Below, one piece after another: positions 32,279 to 42,123 of a stretch of 64,000 nt of DNA; position 1 is the stretch's first letter, and every line of letters starts with the position of its first letter. Below the pieces are notes generated by a model. The model was not told where the DNA came from, searched no databases, and saw only the letters and a list, made by a program, of their open reading frames with translations. Source of the stretch: a bacterium (lineage in GTDB: Bacteria > Patescibacteriota > Dojkabacteria > SC72); NCBI GenBank assembly GCA_021463465.1, contig JAJTYH010000003.1:3043-67042 (forward strand), read 5' to 3'. Made by a program: the position numbers and the translations under genes.

Positions 32279-33055
32279 ATGCTAGACCTAGGACAAACAG
32301 AAATAATAACGCAGATTGATTTCAGACCACAGACAAGAGAAGCCCTCCTGCTTGCATTATGCCAGCGAATCGATGTATTCGATGAAGTCATTCTGAATAA
32401 CTCAGATAAAGACAGTAACCTCGAGCTATCATCACTTAGCACACCAATGAATATAAAAAATGAGGTTGCATTATTATCAAGAATCCTAAAAAATGGAGAT
32501 ATAACCGATGGATTAATGGGACTTAGATCCGCAATCTATATTATTGAGAATAAAGACATCACCAAAATTGCACCAGATACAGTTTACAATTTTATCGATG
32601 CTTTAATTGAAAATAGTGATAATAAGCTTCGCTTTGGAATTTGGCTATATACGCTATACAAAATCTCATCAACATTAGGCAAAAGCCTTGTAAAGAGCCC
32701 TTTTGACCCAGCAATACCTGTATTCTTAAAGCTTTCCGAGCTACCAAGTAAACTACATTACGAAGGCGACGAAAGCGAAGTAATTACAACATTACTCCTC
32801 TTAACAACGATAAGAATATACGATTACCAAAATCTATTACGAGCACCAATCGAAAGTTTTAATTTACAAATTACAGGTAAACTTGGCGAAATTTTGACTG
32901 GAATAACTAATCCTGAATGCCAAAGAGAGATTTACAAAGCACTATTCACTACCTTCAAAAAAAGTATCCACGAATTAAAGGCGAAAATACCTACACTAAA
33001 AGAGTGGTCGCTAAAAGAAGAAGATATATTAAAAATACAGAAGGAATACCTTTAA
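32279..33055 (+). CDS. Hypothetical protein
   Basis: 258 aa ORF with no recognisable motifs. It is the first of a plus-strand block in an otherwise minus-strand region. Confidence 0.5.
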   Translation: MLDLGQTEIITQIDFRPQTREALLLALCQRIDVFDEVILNNSDKDSNLELSSLSTPMNIKNEVALLSRILKNGDITDGLMGLRSAIYIIENKDITKIAPDTVYNFIDALIENSDNKLRFGIWLYTLYKISSTLGKSLVKSPFDPAIPVFLKLSELPSKLHYEGDESEVITTLLLLTTIRIYDYQNLLRAPIESFNLQITGKLGEILTGITNPECQREIYKALFTTFKKSIHELKAKIPTLKEWSLKEEDILKIQKEYL

Positions 33056-33063
33056 AACTTTTG

Positions 33064-33092
33064 TTGACCCTTCTATTTCACAATGCTATAAT
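33064..33092 (+). promoter_or_regulatory. Strong sigma70-like promoter (TTGACC-17-TATAAT) upstream of recombinase gene
   Basis: The -35 is at 33064-33069 and the -10 at 33087-33092, with an exact 17-nt spacer. Confidence 0.5.
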
Positions 33093-33134
33093 CCCTATAG
33101 TATAGCCCATGCGGTTAACTTATATTGACATAGA

Positions 33135-34025
33135 ATGAGCGCAATAAGAAATCCAGAATTCGCAAAATATCACACTATTTTCGTAGAAGACCTGAAAAAG
33201 AAAAGCAGATCTAACTCAACGGTGATTGCTTACGCAAAAGACATCGAACAGCTTCTAGCGTTTTTCTCTCAAAAGGGTCTACTCGACCTTTCCAAAACAA
33301 CAATAGAAGACCTTGAATCGTACAAGCTCAATCTCCAAGAGAATAACTACACACCAAAAAGCATTTCTCGTAAGATCAATTCGACAAGAACTTTTTACAG
33401 ATACCTTGTTGAGAGAAACCATATCTTAGAAAATCCTTCTGAGAAGCTTGCACACCCAAAATTCGAAATTAAACCTCCACGCGTCCTTTCCGAACTTGAG
33501 TATCGTGCTCTAAGAGACGTCTCACGTATTGACACAAGGCTCTACACTATAATCGAGATATTGCTACAAACTGGAATAAGAATCGGTGAACTAGCGACCT
33601 TAGGCATTGATGACGTTCGTGTATCAAACGATAACAAAATCCCCTACCTTTATGTTAAAGCCCAAGGTAGTCACCCAGCTCGAAAGGTACCATTAAACCA
33701 ATCAGCTTACAAAGCTATTCAGGAGTACCAAAAAATCAGACCAGAGAGCGAAGATGAAACTCTCTTTATTACTAAAAATGGTAAGCCGCTTCTAGTTCGT
33801 AATATAAGAACTACTATTGACAAGGCTTTTGAAAAATCCGGTATTAAGAATGCTAAGGTGAACGACTTAAGGAATACCTTTATCGCCCACCATTTAGCCA
33901 ACGGAATGAGTTTAGTAACTGTTTCCAAACTCGTAGGTCACAAACGACTCTCAACAACCGAAAAGTACCTTAATCTTGTTAATAATAAGCAAGAAGACCA
34001 GGAAAAAGGTTTGAAAGAGCTCTGA
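33135..34025 (+). CDS. Tyrosine site-specific recombinase (XerC/XerD-like integrase)
   Basis: 296 aa with an N-terminal core-binding domain and a C-terminal catalytic domain carrying the R..HxxR..Y signature (DLRNTFIAHHLANG...HKRLSTTEKY). Confidence 0.8.
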   Translation: MSAIRNPEFAKYHTIFVEDLKKKSRSNSTVIAYAKDIEQLLAFFSQKGLLDLSKTTIEDLESYKLNLQENNYTPKSISRKINSTRTFYRYLVERNHILENPSEKLAHPKFEIKPPRVLSELEYRALRDVSRIDTRLYTIIEILLQTGIRIGELATLGIDDVRVSNDNKIPYLYVKAQGSHPARKVPLNQSAYKAIQEYQKIRPESEDETLFITKNGKPLLVRNIRTTIDKAFEKSGIKNAKVNDLRNTFIAHHLANGMSLVTVSKLVGHKRLSTTEKYLNLVNNKQEDQEKGLKEL

Positions 34026-34026
34026 A

Positions 34027-34464
34027 ATGACAAAACTTTTTGGTCATATACTCCCTACTTTTCGTGAACCCTTACCACAGGACTCATTCGAACAATGTCT
34101 TGTGGATTTAAATATCCAATTAACCCCACCAAATATCTTTTTCCTCAATTTCATAGGAAGGAATGCTATTTGGCGTGCAATACAAAGTAAGCAGAGCGAC
34201 AAGCCAATAATCATGAATCACCAAGAAAAGCAGATTATAATTGCCCTCTCTAAATACGAGAGCCCACTTTTAATGGCAAAAGGTGATCCTAAAAACTACG
34301 TCAAACACAATATTCTTAGGCTTGATGATTCATTAGGAAGGCTACTCGTAACAGAGGGTAATGCTATATTAATTGAAAAAGAGGCGGGAGTAACTTCAAT
34401 ATCTGGAACATCGTTTGATAAAGATTTACAGATGTACTTTACATATTCAATTGAACTAAACTGA
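34027..34464 (+). CDS. Hypothetical protein
   Basis: 145 aa ORF tightly coupled to the recombinase, 2 nt after its stop. Confidence 0.45.
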   Translation: MTKLFGHILPTFREPLPQDSFEQCLVDLNIQLTPPNIFFLNFIGRNAIWRAIQSKQSDKPIIMNHQEKQIIIALSKYESPLLMAKGDPKNYVKHNILRLDDSLGRLLVTEGNAILIEKEAGVTSISGTSFDKDLQMYFTYSIELN

Positions 34465-34479
34465 GACGAAGTAACAACA

Positions 34480-34743
34480 ATGGCTTACAATCCTAGTAAG
34501 AATCAAACTATAAGGAAGCACTTTCCACCTTCCATTATCAGTGAAACGCATAATAATCTAAGAAATGAAGTGAGTTCTGCCCGTATTAATAACCCAAGTT
34601 TATGCAGATTATCAGCTCTTTTTCAAAAACCAAATACAACTACTGAACAGTGGTTAAACCCTGATGGCACGATCTATACTGGCGAATTTCTTACCATTAT
34701 GGATAACGTACTAAAGCATGATTTAAATATCCTCCAAAACTGA
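34480..34743 (+). CDS. Hypothetical small protein
   Basis: 87 aa ORF in the same operon-like array. Confidence 0.35.
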   Translation: MAYNPSKNQTIRKHFPPSIISETHNNLRNEVSSARINNPSLCRLSALFQKPNTTTEQWLNPDGTIYTGEFLTIMDNVLKHDLNILQN

Positions 34744-34805
34744 TTTAAAATGAAAAGAGAGACATTCATGAAAGAATTTGCTTACTCTCTGATATACTTT
34801 ACTAA

Positions 34806-35111
34806 ATGAACATAAACGTTTCAGAAGGGACCGCTCATAAACTACCAAACGATTTAAAAAGAGACCTTTTGTCGGACAGAACTGCACTTAAAAAATGGGA
34901 AGGGTTAACACCGGTTGCACGTAATGAATGGATTTGCTGGGTTATATCAGTAAAGAAAGAAGAAACTCGTCAAAATCACATGCTTAGATTAATCTCCGAG
35001 CTTAAAGAAGGGAAACGTAGACCCTGTTGCTGGATTGGATGCATTCACAGGGATGATAAAAGAATTAGCCCTTCAGTAATGGGGATAATAAACAAAACGA
35101 ACAAGCCATAA
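34806..35111 (+). CDS. YdeI/OmdA-like (bacteriocin-protection family) domain protein
   Basis: 101 aa. The segment LTPVARNEWICWVISVKKEETRQNHMLRLISELKEGKRR resembles the C-terminal signature of the YdeI/OmpD-associated family. Confidence 0.4.
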   Translation: MNINVSEGTAHKLPNDLKRDLLSDRTALKKWEGLTPVARNEWICWVISVKKEETRQNHMLRLISELKEGKRRPCCWIGCIHRDDKRISPSVMGIINKTNKP

Positions 35112-35143
35112 CAATTTCAAGCATTCGACTATTCAAAGAAATA

Positions 35144-35217
35144 TGGGGGAGGACGGAATCGAACCGTCGACATCGGCTTTATAAGAACCGCGCTCTAACC
35201 TTCTGAGCTACACCCCC
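35144..35217 (-). tRNA. tRNA-Ile (anticodon TAT), no encoded CCA
   Basis: Cloverleaf with D-arm gctc/gagc, anticodon stem cggtt/agccg, loop ctTATaa and T-arm gacgg/ccgtc. The acceptor stem is gggggtg/ctccccc with one U-U mismatch. Confidence 0.65.
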
Positions 35218-35256
35218 GCCGCTGCAGAATTTTATCAAAATTGCCTGAAATAATCA

Positions 35257-37800
35257 CTATTTAAGCGTTAACGCTGGAGTCCCGCCAGGATTGGTCTGCG
35301 AACCAGGAGCCACGCTCAATTCCGCTCTCTGAGCAATCTCCTCCTCAACTAACTTCACATCCCTACCATACTTTAACCTCGAGAGGTTTTTCACCATCTC
35401 AGCAACCTCTTTATTCACTTTAATATCGAAACCAGAGTCTGGAAAATTAGGACCGTAGGTCGGATCTAATGAGAAAGGCGCTGGGTACTTACCTCCAGAG
35501 ATCATTTTAGCGTAATAATGCATGTTAGGCTGATTCATAAGGTCATTTGCTGTAAACGTAGGCTCAAACTGTGATTCCAAGTACTTAGCATCATCAGGGC
35601 CAGCACGAGCAATTAAGAGCGTACCAACATTACCAAAGACTGCATTCTTGATATCATCGGTTAGCTGTCCTATATACTGGTTGGCAACCGTAAGGTTTAG
35701 TCGATATTTACGGGCTTCAGAAAGAATTGATGCGAACTCATTTGTTGCAAAATTCTGAAACTCATCTACATATAGATAGAAGTCCCGCCTTTGAGATTCA
35801 TCACGGATATCTTCACGACTTAAGGCTGCTGAAACAATTTTAGGGATAATCAAAAGCCCAAGGAACTGAGCATTTTCCTCGCCAATTAATCCTTTCGCAA
35901 GATTTATAATCAGAATCTTACCTTCATCCATCACCTGACGGACATTAAATGAAGACTTTGACTGAGCTACAATATTACGCACAGCCAAGTTAGTGACGAA
36001 TCGGTCAAATTTGGAAGTAATGTAACCTAAGGTTTCTGACTTATGGAAATCACTCGTCTTAGCAATCTGATCGGTCCAGTATCGCTTCACCAAATCATCC
36101 TTAATCAAAGGTACCCACTTCTCCTGTACCCATTTGTCGTCAGTGATAATACGAAGTACCTCAAGAAGGGTTGAACCCTCCTCAGACATAGCTGTCAGCA
36201 TTGAGTTTCTTACTGCGCGCTCCAAAATTGGACCTACAATTCCTTGGTTATGGGGGTCAAAGAGCTTTTTCAACAAATCAATGAAACCGTTAACAATTCT
36301 GTGCTTATCCTGTTCGTTCTGAAACTGCATTAAATTAAAACCCATTGGACGATCGTAGTCAGCTGCATTGAAGTAAATAACATCTTCGGCCCTTTCATGT
36401 GGAATCCTATCTAAAAGCATTTCTGCGGTAGAACCGTGAGGATCAATAAAACAAAGTCCTTCACCATTATAAATATCCTGTATCATCATACGCACCTGCA
36501 GCCACGATTTACCTGAACCAGTCTGACCTAATACATACGCATGTCTTCGACGATCATCCCGCTCAAAGCAGATAGGTTTGGTAATACCCCTATACTTATT
36601 ATTCCCTAGCCAGATTGAGTTTTTAGATTTAATATCAGAGCTTATCCATGTTGCGGCAGGAGCATCTTTGGCCAATAACCAGTTTACGTTGGGCACAGTG
36701 ACATCCTTATTAGGAAAGTGATACATAGAAGCTAACTCTTCGACATTAAAGACTGAACCACCTCGAAGAGGCATTCTTCGATAAAGGACGTCATGCATGA
36801 ACTCACGCTCCTTAAATTTGTTCAACTTATCCTTCTTCAACTCATTGATTCCTGGATTCTTAAACTGATCAAAAGCCGACACAACGTTATTCAAATGCAT
36901 ATTTGCAATATCAGCATTGTTGGCAGTAGCGACAACTCGAACGGCAGCTCTAAAACCCGTCTTAGCAGTCTTCTTGCTTATCGCTTGAATTTGCTCCTGA
37001 CTTACGCTAATCCGACTCTTCTCAGGATCTGAATTATTCTCTTCAACTTTCTGTACAAATTTTCTTCCGTTCTTCTGCCACTTACTCGCAGTTGGAGAAA
37101 TTACAATCTGGATCATTATCCCCTCACCTTTTCCTATTTTGCTAAGTGTAGAAAGAATGTTGGCTAAAGGGTCTCCTTTAAAATCCTCTGCCACTTTCAA
37201 AGGGTAATACTCTTCATCGGTTTGGATTAGACTAGCGTATGCTACCTTCCCACTCTCTTCAAATATATTGTATTCCTCTGATATAGAAACTTCAGCATCC
37301 TGATAAGATCCGAGTATCTGTTGCTCTACTAAATTCGCCAACTTTTTAGGGGCATACACATAGAAACGGATTTCCCCCGGCAACCCTACAATTTCAAAAC
37401 TAACGCTATTACCTACCGTAATGAACTGCTCAATCCCCTTTCCTCCTCCACCTATACCATACAAGTTAGAAAACATCTTCTCTGCGACACCGATTTCAGT
37501 CTCATTACCTCTTGGCACCCTCACCTCAAACAGTACTCCAGATTTAGTCTTTTCGTCACGGTCTTTTTTCTTAAGAAGGTTCATGTAGTAATAGATTAGG
37601 CCACCAATGGCACCTGCAAAAAGTAGTATGAAAATAAACAGTGTGACAATACCTCCCCATTGAAAAGCAGTACCAGGTTGAGGCACATTGTAACTATCCT
37701 GTGGGTAGTTAATAACCTCACCTGGCACAACTCCATCGCCCGGTTGAACCGGCCCTATAACCTGTGAATACACTTGTGAATGTGATGGCAGCTTAAGCAT
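35257..37800 (-). CDS. Type IV secretion-type ATPase (VirB4 / VirD4-TraG-TraD superfamily) with N-terminal TM
   Basis: 847 aa with a TM at ~50-75. It has Walker A HAYVLGQTGSGKS, an IDPHG motif, Walker B YLYVDEFQNF, and the C-terminal motif ANQYIGQL. Confidence 0.65.
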   Translation of the reverse strand: MLKLPSHSQVYSQVIGPVQPGDGVVPGEVINYPQDSYNVPQPGTAFQWGGIVTLFIFILLFAGAIGGLIYYYMNLLKKKDRDEKTKSGVLFEVRVPRGNETEIGVAEKMFSNLYGIGGGGKGIEQFITVGNSVSFEIVGLPGEIRFYVYAPKKLANLVEQQILGSYQDAEVSISEEYNIFEESGKVAYASLIQTDEEYYPLKVAEDFKGDPLANILSTLSKIGKGEGIMIQIVISPTASKWQKNGRKFVQKVEENNSDPEKSRISVSQEQIQAISKKTAKTGFRAAVRVVATANNADIANMHLNNVVSAFDQFKNPGINELKKDKLNKFKEREFMHDVLYRRMPLRGGSVFNVEELASMYHFPNKDVTVPNVNWLLAKDAPAATWISSDIKSKNSIWLGNNKYRGITKPICFERDDRRRHAYVLGQTGSGKSWLQVRMMIQDIYNGEGLCFIDPHGSTAEMLLDRIPHERAEDVIYFNAADYDRPMGFNLMQFQNEQDKHRIVNGFIDLLKKLFDPHNQGIVGPILERAVRNSMLTAMSEEGSTLLEVLRIITDDKWVQEKWVPLIKDDLVKRYWTDQIAKTSDFHKSETLGYITSKFDRFVTNLAVRNIVAQSKSSFNVRQVMDEGKILIINLAKGLIGEENAQFLGLLIIPKIVSAALSREDIRDESQRRDFYLYVDEFQNFATNEFASILSEARKYRLNLTVANQYIGQLTDDIKNAVFGNVGTLLIARAGPDDAKYLESQFEPTFTANDLMNQPNMHYYAKMISGGKYPAPFSLDPTYGPNFPDSGFDIKVNKEVAEMVKNLSRLKYGRDVKLVEEEIAQRAELSVAPGSQTNPGGTPALTLK

Positions 37801-37843
37801 ATCTATCTGGGAAAATATAACACACCAAAGCGATAATAGCTAT

Positions 37844-38395
37844 TTATTCAAACAGACTAAAGATCTTTGCAATCAGAGTTGCAGCCCAAGTTTTGGCGTC
37901 TGAAACAGGAGCATCATTTGAGATACTTTTGGCATTAGTATAGGTAGTAGTTGTGGGCTGATATCCGAAGAAATTGTAGGTTTTAACATTCGCCGTCTTG
38001 GCCTGCTCTGCTTCAACTCTTGCGACTTCTTCAGCTGGCATTACGGGTTTAGCAAAATTTTCACTATTTTTTTTCTCTTCTTTGAGCACGTTTAATGCGA
38101 TTTCAAACTCTTCGTTCTTCTCTACTTTTTGTTCTTGCTGCACAATTACCTCAGGTTTAGTCGACGTTACTGGAGCAACCTCTACTGAAGGAGTAGCTTC
38201 TTCAACCCTAACCTCTTTAACGTATTTCTCATATATTCCGTGTTGCCTTAGCATTTCCTGCTTCTGATCAACAGTGAGAGTTGACCATACAGTTGCAGGT
38301 ACGATATTAACCAACTCGGCAGGAGTCTCTCTTAACCATTCCGCTTGGGGAGGTCCTTTTACCTCGTTGTTATTCTGTAAATCGGTGGGCTGCAT
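37844..38395 (-). CDS. Hypothetical E/K-rich protein
   Basis: 183 aa low-complexity ORF. There is no tmRNA signature despite its position next to smpB. Confidence 0.5.
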   Translation of the reverse strand: MQPTDLQNNNEVKGPPQAEWLRETPAELVNIVPATVWSTLTVDQKQEMLRQHGIYEKYVKEVRVEEATPSVEVAPVTSTKPEVIVQQEQKVEKNEEFEIALNVLKEEKKNSENFAKPVMPAEEVARVEAEQAKTANVKTYNFFGYQPTTTTYTNAKSISNDAPVSDAKTWAATLIAKIFSLFE

Positions 38396-38406
38396 ATTGC
38401 CACAAA

Positions 38407-38847
38407 TTATATCATACTCTCTCGCTTCTCCCTGTGGAATTCACGATTCAAATCACGTTCTTTCTCCTTCAGCTTCTTTTCATAACCTTTTCGACCCCTA
38501 CCTAAACCTATCAAAACTTTTACTTTTCCTCTATTAAAATACATTTTCATAGGAATAATAGTTAAACCACCTTGCTTGCTTTTCGATTGTAAGTTGAGTA
38601 ATTGACCTTTTCTTACTAATAATTTCCTTGACCGGGCTGGATCGTATGTCTCATCACTACTAAATTTGTATCTAGCAATATCCGCATTAACTAACCAGAG
38701 CTCACCTCCAATAACTTTCACATATGCATTCCCCAAGTTGACTCGATTATCTCGAATCGACTTCACTTCTGCACCAGTAAGTACAACACCCGCCTCGATG
38801 CCGTCTTTAACCTCATAGTTACGTAACCCTTTCTTATTTGCGACCAT
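38407..38847 (-). CDS. smpB: SsrA-binding protein SmpB
   Basis: 146 aa aligning with SmpB throughout (GIEAGVVLTGAEVKS..., RSRKLLV..., and a basic C-terminal tail). Confidence 0.85.
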   Translation of the reverse strand: MVANKKGLRNYEVKDGIEAGVVLTGAEVKSIRDNRVNLGNAYVKVIGGELWLVNADIARYKFSSDETYDPARSRKLLVRKGQLLNLQSKSKQGGLTIIPMKMYFNRGKVKVLIGLGRGRKGYEKKLKEKERDLNREFHREKRESMI

Positions 38848-38863
38848 GGCCAGAGTATATCAC

Positions 38864-41215
38864 CTACTTCAGTTTTAGCTTCAAAATTCTATTGCCATCA
38901 AGAATATAGAGGTTCTCCTCATTATAGTCAGCGGCAATCTCTCGAACATCCTTCAACATATCGTCTCTTGCTCCTCTGTACACGTACTGAGCTAACAACC
39001 GCATCTGATTCGGATGCAATACCTCTCCACCTGCTTCAATCGGCTTCTCAAAAACTAACACCCTTTCATTAGTCTTATCGAACACATACATTCGTGCACC
39101 TTCTCGGGTAACGGTATAGGCAGCTGACAATTCTCCTAAGCCTTCGACATCCTCAACTGTTACAGCATTCAAAACAGTTTTATTTCGAGTATAATCAAAA
39201 GAGTATCGCTCAATTCCCCTATCACCTGAGGTCATCACATAAAGGCTGATATCGTTGGCTAGATTATGCGCAGAATCAAATGACTTACCACTTACATATT
39301 CAAAAGGATAACTGTAACCAGCACCAGTTCGCCCTGACTTCATCACAGCCTTTTCAGAAGGACTGAGAAGATATACGTTATCGATATTGGTAATAATCGC
39401 CATATCCACTACAGTCATTCCCCCTATAACATCACGATCCAGACCTGAGAGTACTCCAAACCTTCCGATACTTCCGTCTTTTCCAAAAGGAGCCCTTACC
39501 ATCCCAGCCTGCTCATCAAATACATAAACCCCACCTTCTCCGTAATCTACATATTTAGGTTGTTTCAAAATATTTTTACTATCATCCAAAGGTACTGCCT
39601 TATTATCAGCCAAACTCATTTTGTAGACCTCAGGTCCACCTGCATTTGAAATGAAAAGAAACTCATTCTGAAATTCATCCTTGTAGCTAGTGATATCAGT
39701 AAGGTTTACAGCATCTCCAAACTGAGTTCTACCGTCCAAAACAAATTCCAAAGTGCCATCTTCCTCCGACACACCTACCTTTTTCGCAATCTTATCCATG
39801 ATTGCCTGCAAACGAGTTTTAAGAGAATTCATTCGAACTTGATCATCTAACGATAGAGTCTTGCCTTCAAGAGGTATGAGCAAGCCGTCATTATTGAAAA
39901 GTATCAGCTCTGCATCATCAGAACTTGTAAGGTAAGTTTTTTCAGCTTCATTAAGAACCTCTTCCATACTCTCAAAAATCCCCACAGCCTGTTTATGCAA
40001 ATCTCTACTCTGCTTTGCGGCAATACTTAACCTTGCACCACCATAGATCAAGAAGATTACTAAAAGCGCCAGAAAGAAAATCCCGAACCGCTTATTCCTT
40101 AATCCGACTTCTTTGTACCCATCAATCTTAAGACCTTGTGCCATTTGCTTTTTCCCGAAACTCAAAAGTGATAACCTAGCCATTAAACTTTTAAACCAGT
40201 TCTGCCTACCGTACTTTTCACGAATCAAGCCGTTTACCCTTGCGACTACCCCACCACCTGCAACACCTAATCTATTTACGATATTGGTAGTGACTTCACC
40301 AATCTTAATGACTCCAGGCCTCACCTTTCCTAAAGCACTCTTTAAAATAACCTGAGCCCTTGAGAGGTGTTTCCCAAAGTTAAAATTCAGCTTTTTATCT
40401 GAGATCACTGATTCTTCAACAATTTCGTCGACGAGCTCTTCACGGGTAGGTAGTTCATCTTTAGAAGTCATTGCCGCTGAAGTTTCAACTTCAACCTTCT
40501 CTTCGCCGAGCTTTACCTCTACTCGTTCTTTACGCACCAAAGGTTCAATAGGTGGTCTTTTAATCACCTTAAACTCTTTGCCAGAAAGTAGAAGCAAGGA
40601 CTCACAGCCCCTGAGATAAGCCGAAAGTTTATCAATACCTTTAGCTATATCATCGGCCGAATCTCCAAGTTTCTTATCGGAGGTAATCTGATCAATAAGT
40701 CCTGGTGAACTCATTATAAGCAAATCAGAATCAGACCATGCCATGCTTAAAACCACACCTTTATTCTGATTGACAATCTGGTCCACCTTCACAAATCCAC
40801 CGTTTTTATAAAGCAAAAGTTGCTGTTCACCAAAAACGGTTAAATAAGCACCCTTACCTTTAAACACTGCCAACGCAAAACTTAGATTGACACCCTTAGA
40901 GTCAAGCTCAGGCTGATTCTTAATCAAATCAGAAGCTTTACGTGCACCCACAGCAACAGAGTGTTTAAGACTATCAATAACTGTAGTAAATGGAGAGTAA
41001 AAATAGCTATCAACAATTGCGTCCCACACGAACTTCGCTACACGGTCAGCTTGTATCCCCTCTGACCCAATAACTGTGATTAAACCATGTAATTCCCCTT
41101 TAGCTTCAAGTTCTTTAGGATTACTGGGGGCAAAGCGATTAGTAGAAGTCAGTGCAAAGTTCTGCACATCATTTGCGATGTATCTTAAAGTGTACAGAGG
41201 CATAGCTTTAACCAA
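38864..41215 (-). CDS. Large bitopic membrane protein (cytoplasmic N-domain, one TM near residue 370, ~400 aa ectodomain)
   Basis: 783 aa with the TM FGIFFLALLVIFLIYGGARLSI. The N-terminal domain has weak PP2C-like features. The C-terminal domain is beta-rich. Confidence 0.55.
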   Translation of the reverse strand: MVKAMPLYTLRYIANDVQNFALTSTNRFAPSNPKELEAKGELHGLITVIGSEGIQADRVAKFVWDAIVDSYFYSPFTTVIDSLKHSVAVGARKASDLIKNQPELDSKGVNLSFALAVFKGKGAYLTVFGEQQLLLYKNGGFVKVDQIVNQNKGVVLSMAWSDSDLLIMSSPGLIDQITSDKKLGDSADDIAKGIDKLSAYLRGCESLLLLSGKEFKVIKRPPIEPLVRKERVEVKLGEEKVEVETSAAMTSKDELPTREELVDEIVEESVISDKKLNFNFGKHLSRAQVILKSALGKVRPGVIKIGEVTTNIVNRLGVAGGGVVARVNGLIREKYGRQNWFKSLMARLSLLSFGKKQMAQGLKIDGYKEVGLRNKRFGIFFLALLVIFLIYGGARLSIAAKQSRDLHKQAVGIFESMEEVLNEAEKTYLTSSDDAELILFNNDGLLIPLEGKTLSLDDQVRMNSLKTRLQAIMDKIAKKVGVSEEDGTLEFVLDGRTQFGDAVNLTDITSYKDEFQNEFLFISNAGGPEVYKMSLADNKAVPLDDSKNILKQPKYVDYGEGGVYVFDEQAGMVRAPFGKDGSIGRFGVLSGLDRDVIGGMTVVDMAIITNIDNVYLLSPSEKAVMKSGRTGAGYSYPFEYVSGKSFDSAHNLANDISLYVMTSGDRGIERYSFDYTRNKTVLNAVTVEDVEGLGELSAAYTVTREGARMYVFDKTNERVLVFEKPIEAGGEVLHPNQMRLLAQYVYRGARDDMLKDVREIAADYNEENLYILDGNRILKLKLK

Positions 41216-41459
41216 GAAGAATTAATATTACTGCGAGAGCACTTCCCACAATCCCAACCAGAAGTAGAGCATATGAGAACAGTTTCGAAGTGTTGTTATT
41301 GGGGGTTTTAACAGTATCAGCTAAAATTCTTACCCTTAAAATTAACAGGAAAACATAGATTAGATAACCTATGACAAGAACTAAAAACAGTAGCTTCAAA
41401 ATATCAGCTACTCCGGAAGATCCAAGTTCGATTGTGCCAATTCCCTCTAAGAAGTCCAT
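41208..41459 (-). CDS. Small two-TM membrane protein
   Basis: 83 aa with two hydrophobic helices. It is translationally coupled to its neighbours. Confidence 0.45.
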   Translation of the reverse strand: MDFLEGIGTIELGSSGVADILKLLFLVLVIGYLIYVFLLILRVRILADTVKTPNNNTSKLFSYALLLVGIVGSALAVILILLG

Positions 41460-42082
41460 TAGATTTTACCCTCCTGCTTCAATTCAAGTAGATCTAAAAG
41501 CGTATCTTGAACGTCGCGAGGTCTGGGTACATTATCAAACACAAACTCCCGCTGAGCTCCAGCAGTTTGAATATATACATTTCCATAATCAAAAATCGAA
41601 CTGAAAATACCAACAGGTTTGTGAGTCACATCCTCAATCTTTTCTAGCTGAGCTTCTGCAAATTTATGATAAAGAACATTATTAAAATCGACATCTACAA
41701 TCCTCTGATCAGTAATGATATTAACGGTGTAGTACCACTTAAAGTATATGTCCACCGCCAAAGTTACTGCTAATAACACGAATAAAAGAGAAGATCCTGC
41801 TGACAATCCAAAGTTGCTTCCTTCCAGAAGCGAATCAATTACTCTAGTAAAGACTATTGGAGTAATAAGAAGCAAAAGGAAAAGTAGGAAATGAGGGAAA
41901 AACACAATCGGGTGCTTTCTTACGAGTAGAATTACACTCTCTTCATGATCTTGTCCGTTGAAACTTACATCGGTAGGGAAAGCACAAAACGAGCTTGTAT
42001 TACTGCCATTTTCTCCATTACTAAGTCGATCGATGAAACTTTTTTTCAGTTTGGCGAATTTTTTAGGCACCACCACCTTCAT
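41459..42082 (-). CDS. Membrane protein with bacterial PH (bPH_2/YdbT-like, DUF304-type) domain
   Basis: 207 aa with two TMs followed by an ITDQRIV...FDYGNVYIQTAG pattern typical of the bacterial PH domain. Confidence 0.5.
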   Translation of the reverse strand: MKVVVPKKFAKLKKSFIDRLSNGENGSNTSSFCAFPTDVSFNGQDHEESVILLVRKHPIVFFPHFLLFLLLLITPIVFTRVIDSLLEGSNFGLSAGSSLLFVLLAVTLAVDIYFKWYYTVNIITDQRIVDVDFNNVLYHKFAEAQLEKIEDVTHKPVGIFSSIFDYGNVYIQTAGAQREFVFDNVPRPRDVQDTLLDLLELKQEGKI

Positions 42083-42123
42083 ATAAATATGAAGATAGCA
42101 TAAACACGGGAAAAACTAAACCT

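Noticed and set aside
37844-38395. Possibility that the region next to smpB is ssrA (tmRNA) rather than a protein gene
   Set aside because: The reverse complement has no GGGG acceptor start, no tag reading frame and no T-arm/CCA. A clean 183-codon ORF with E/K-rich low-complexity composition fits better.
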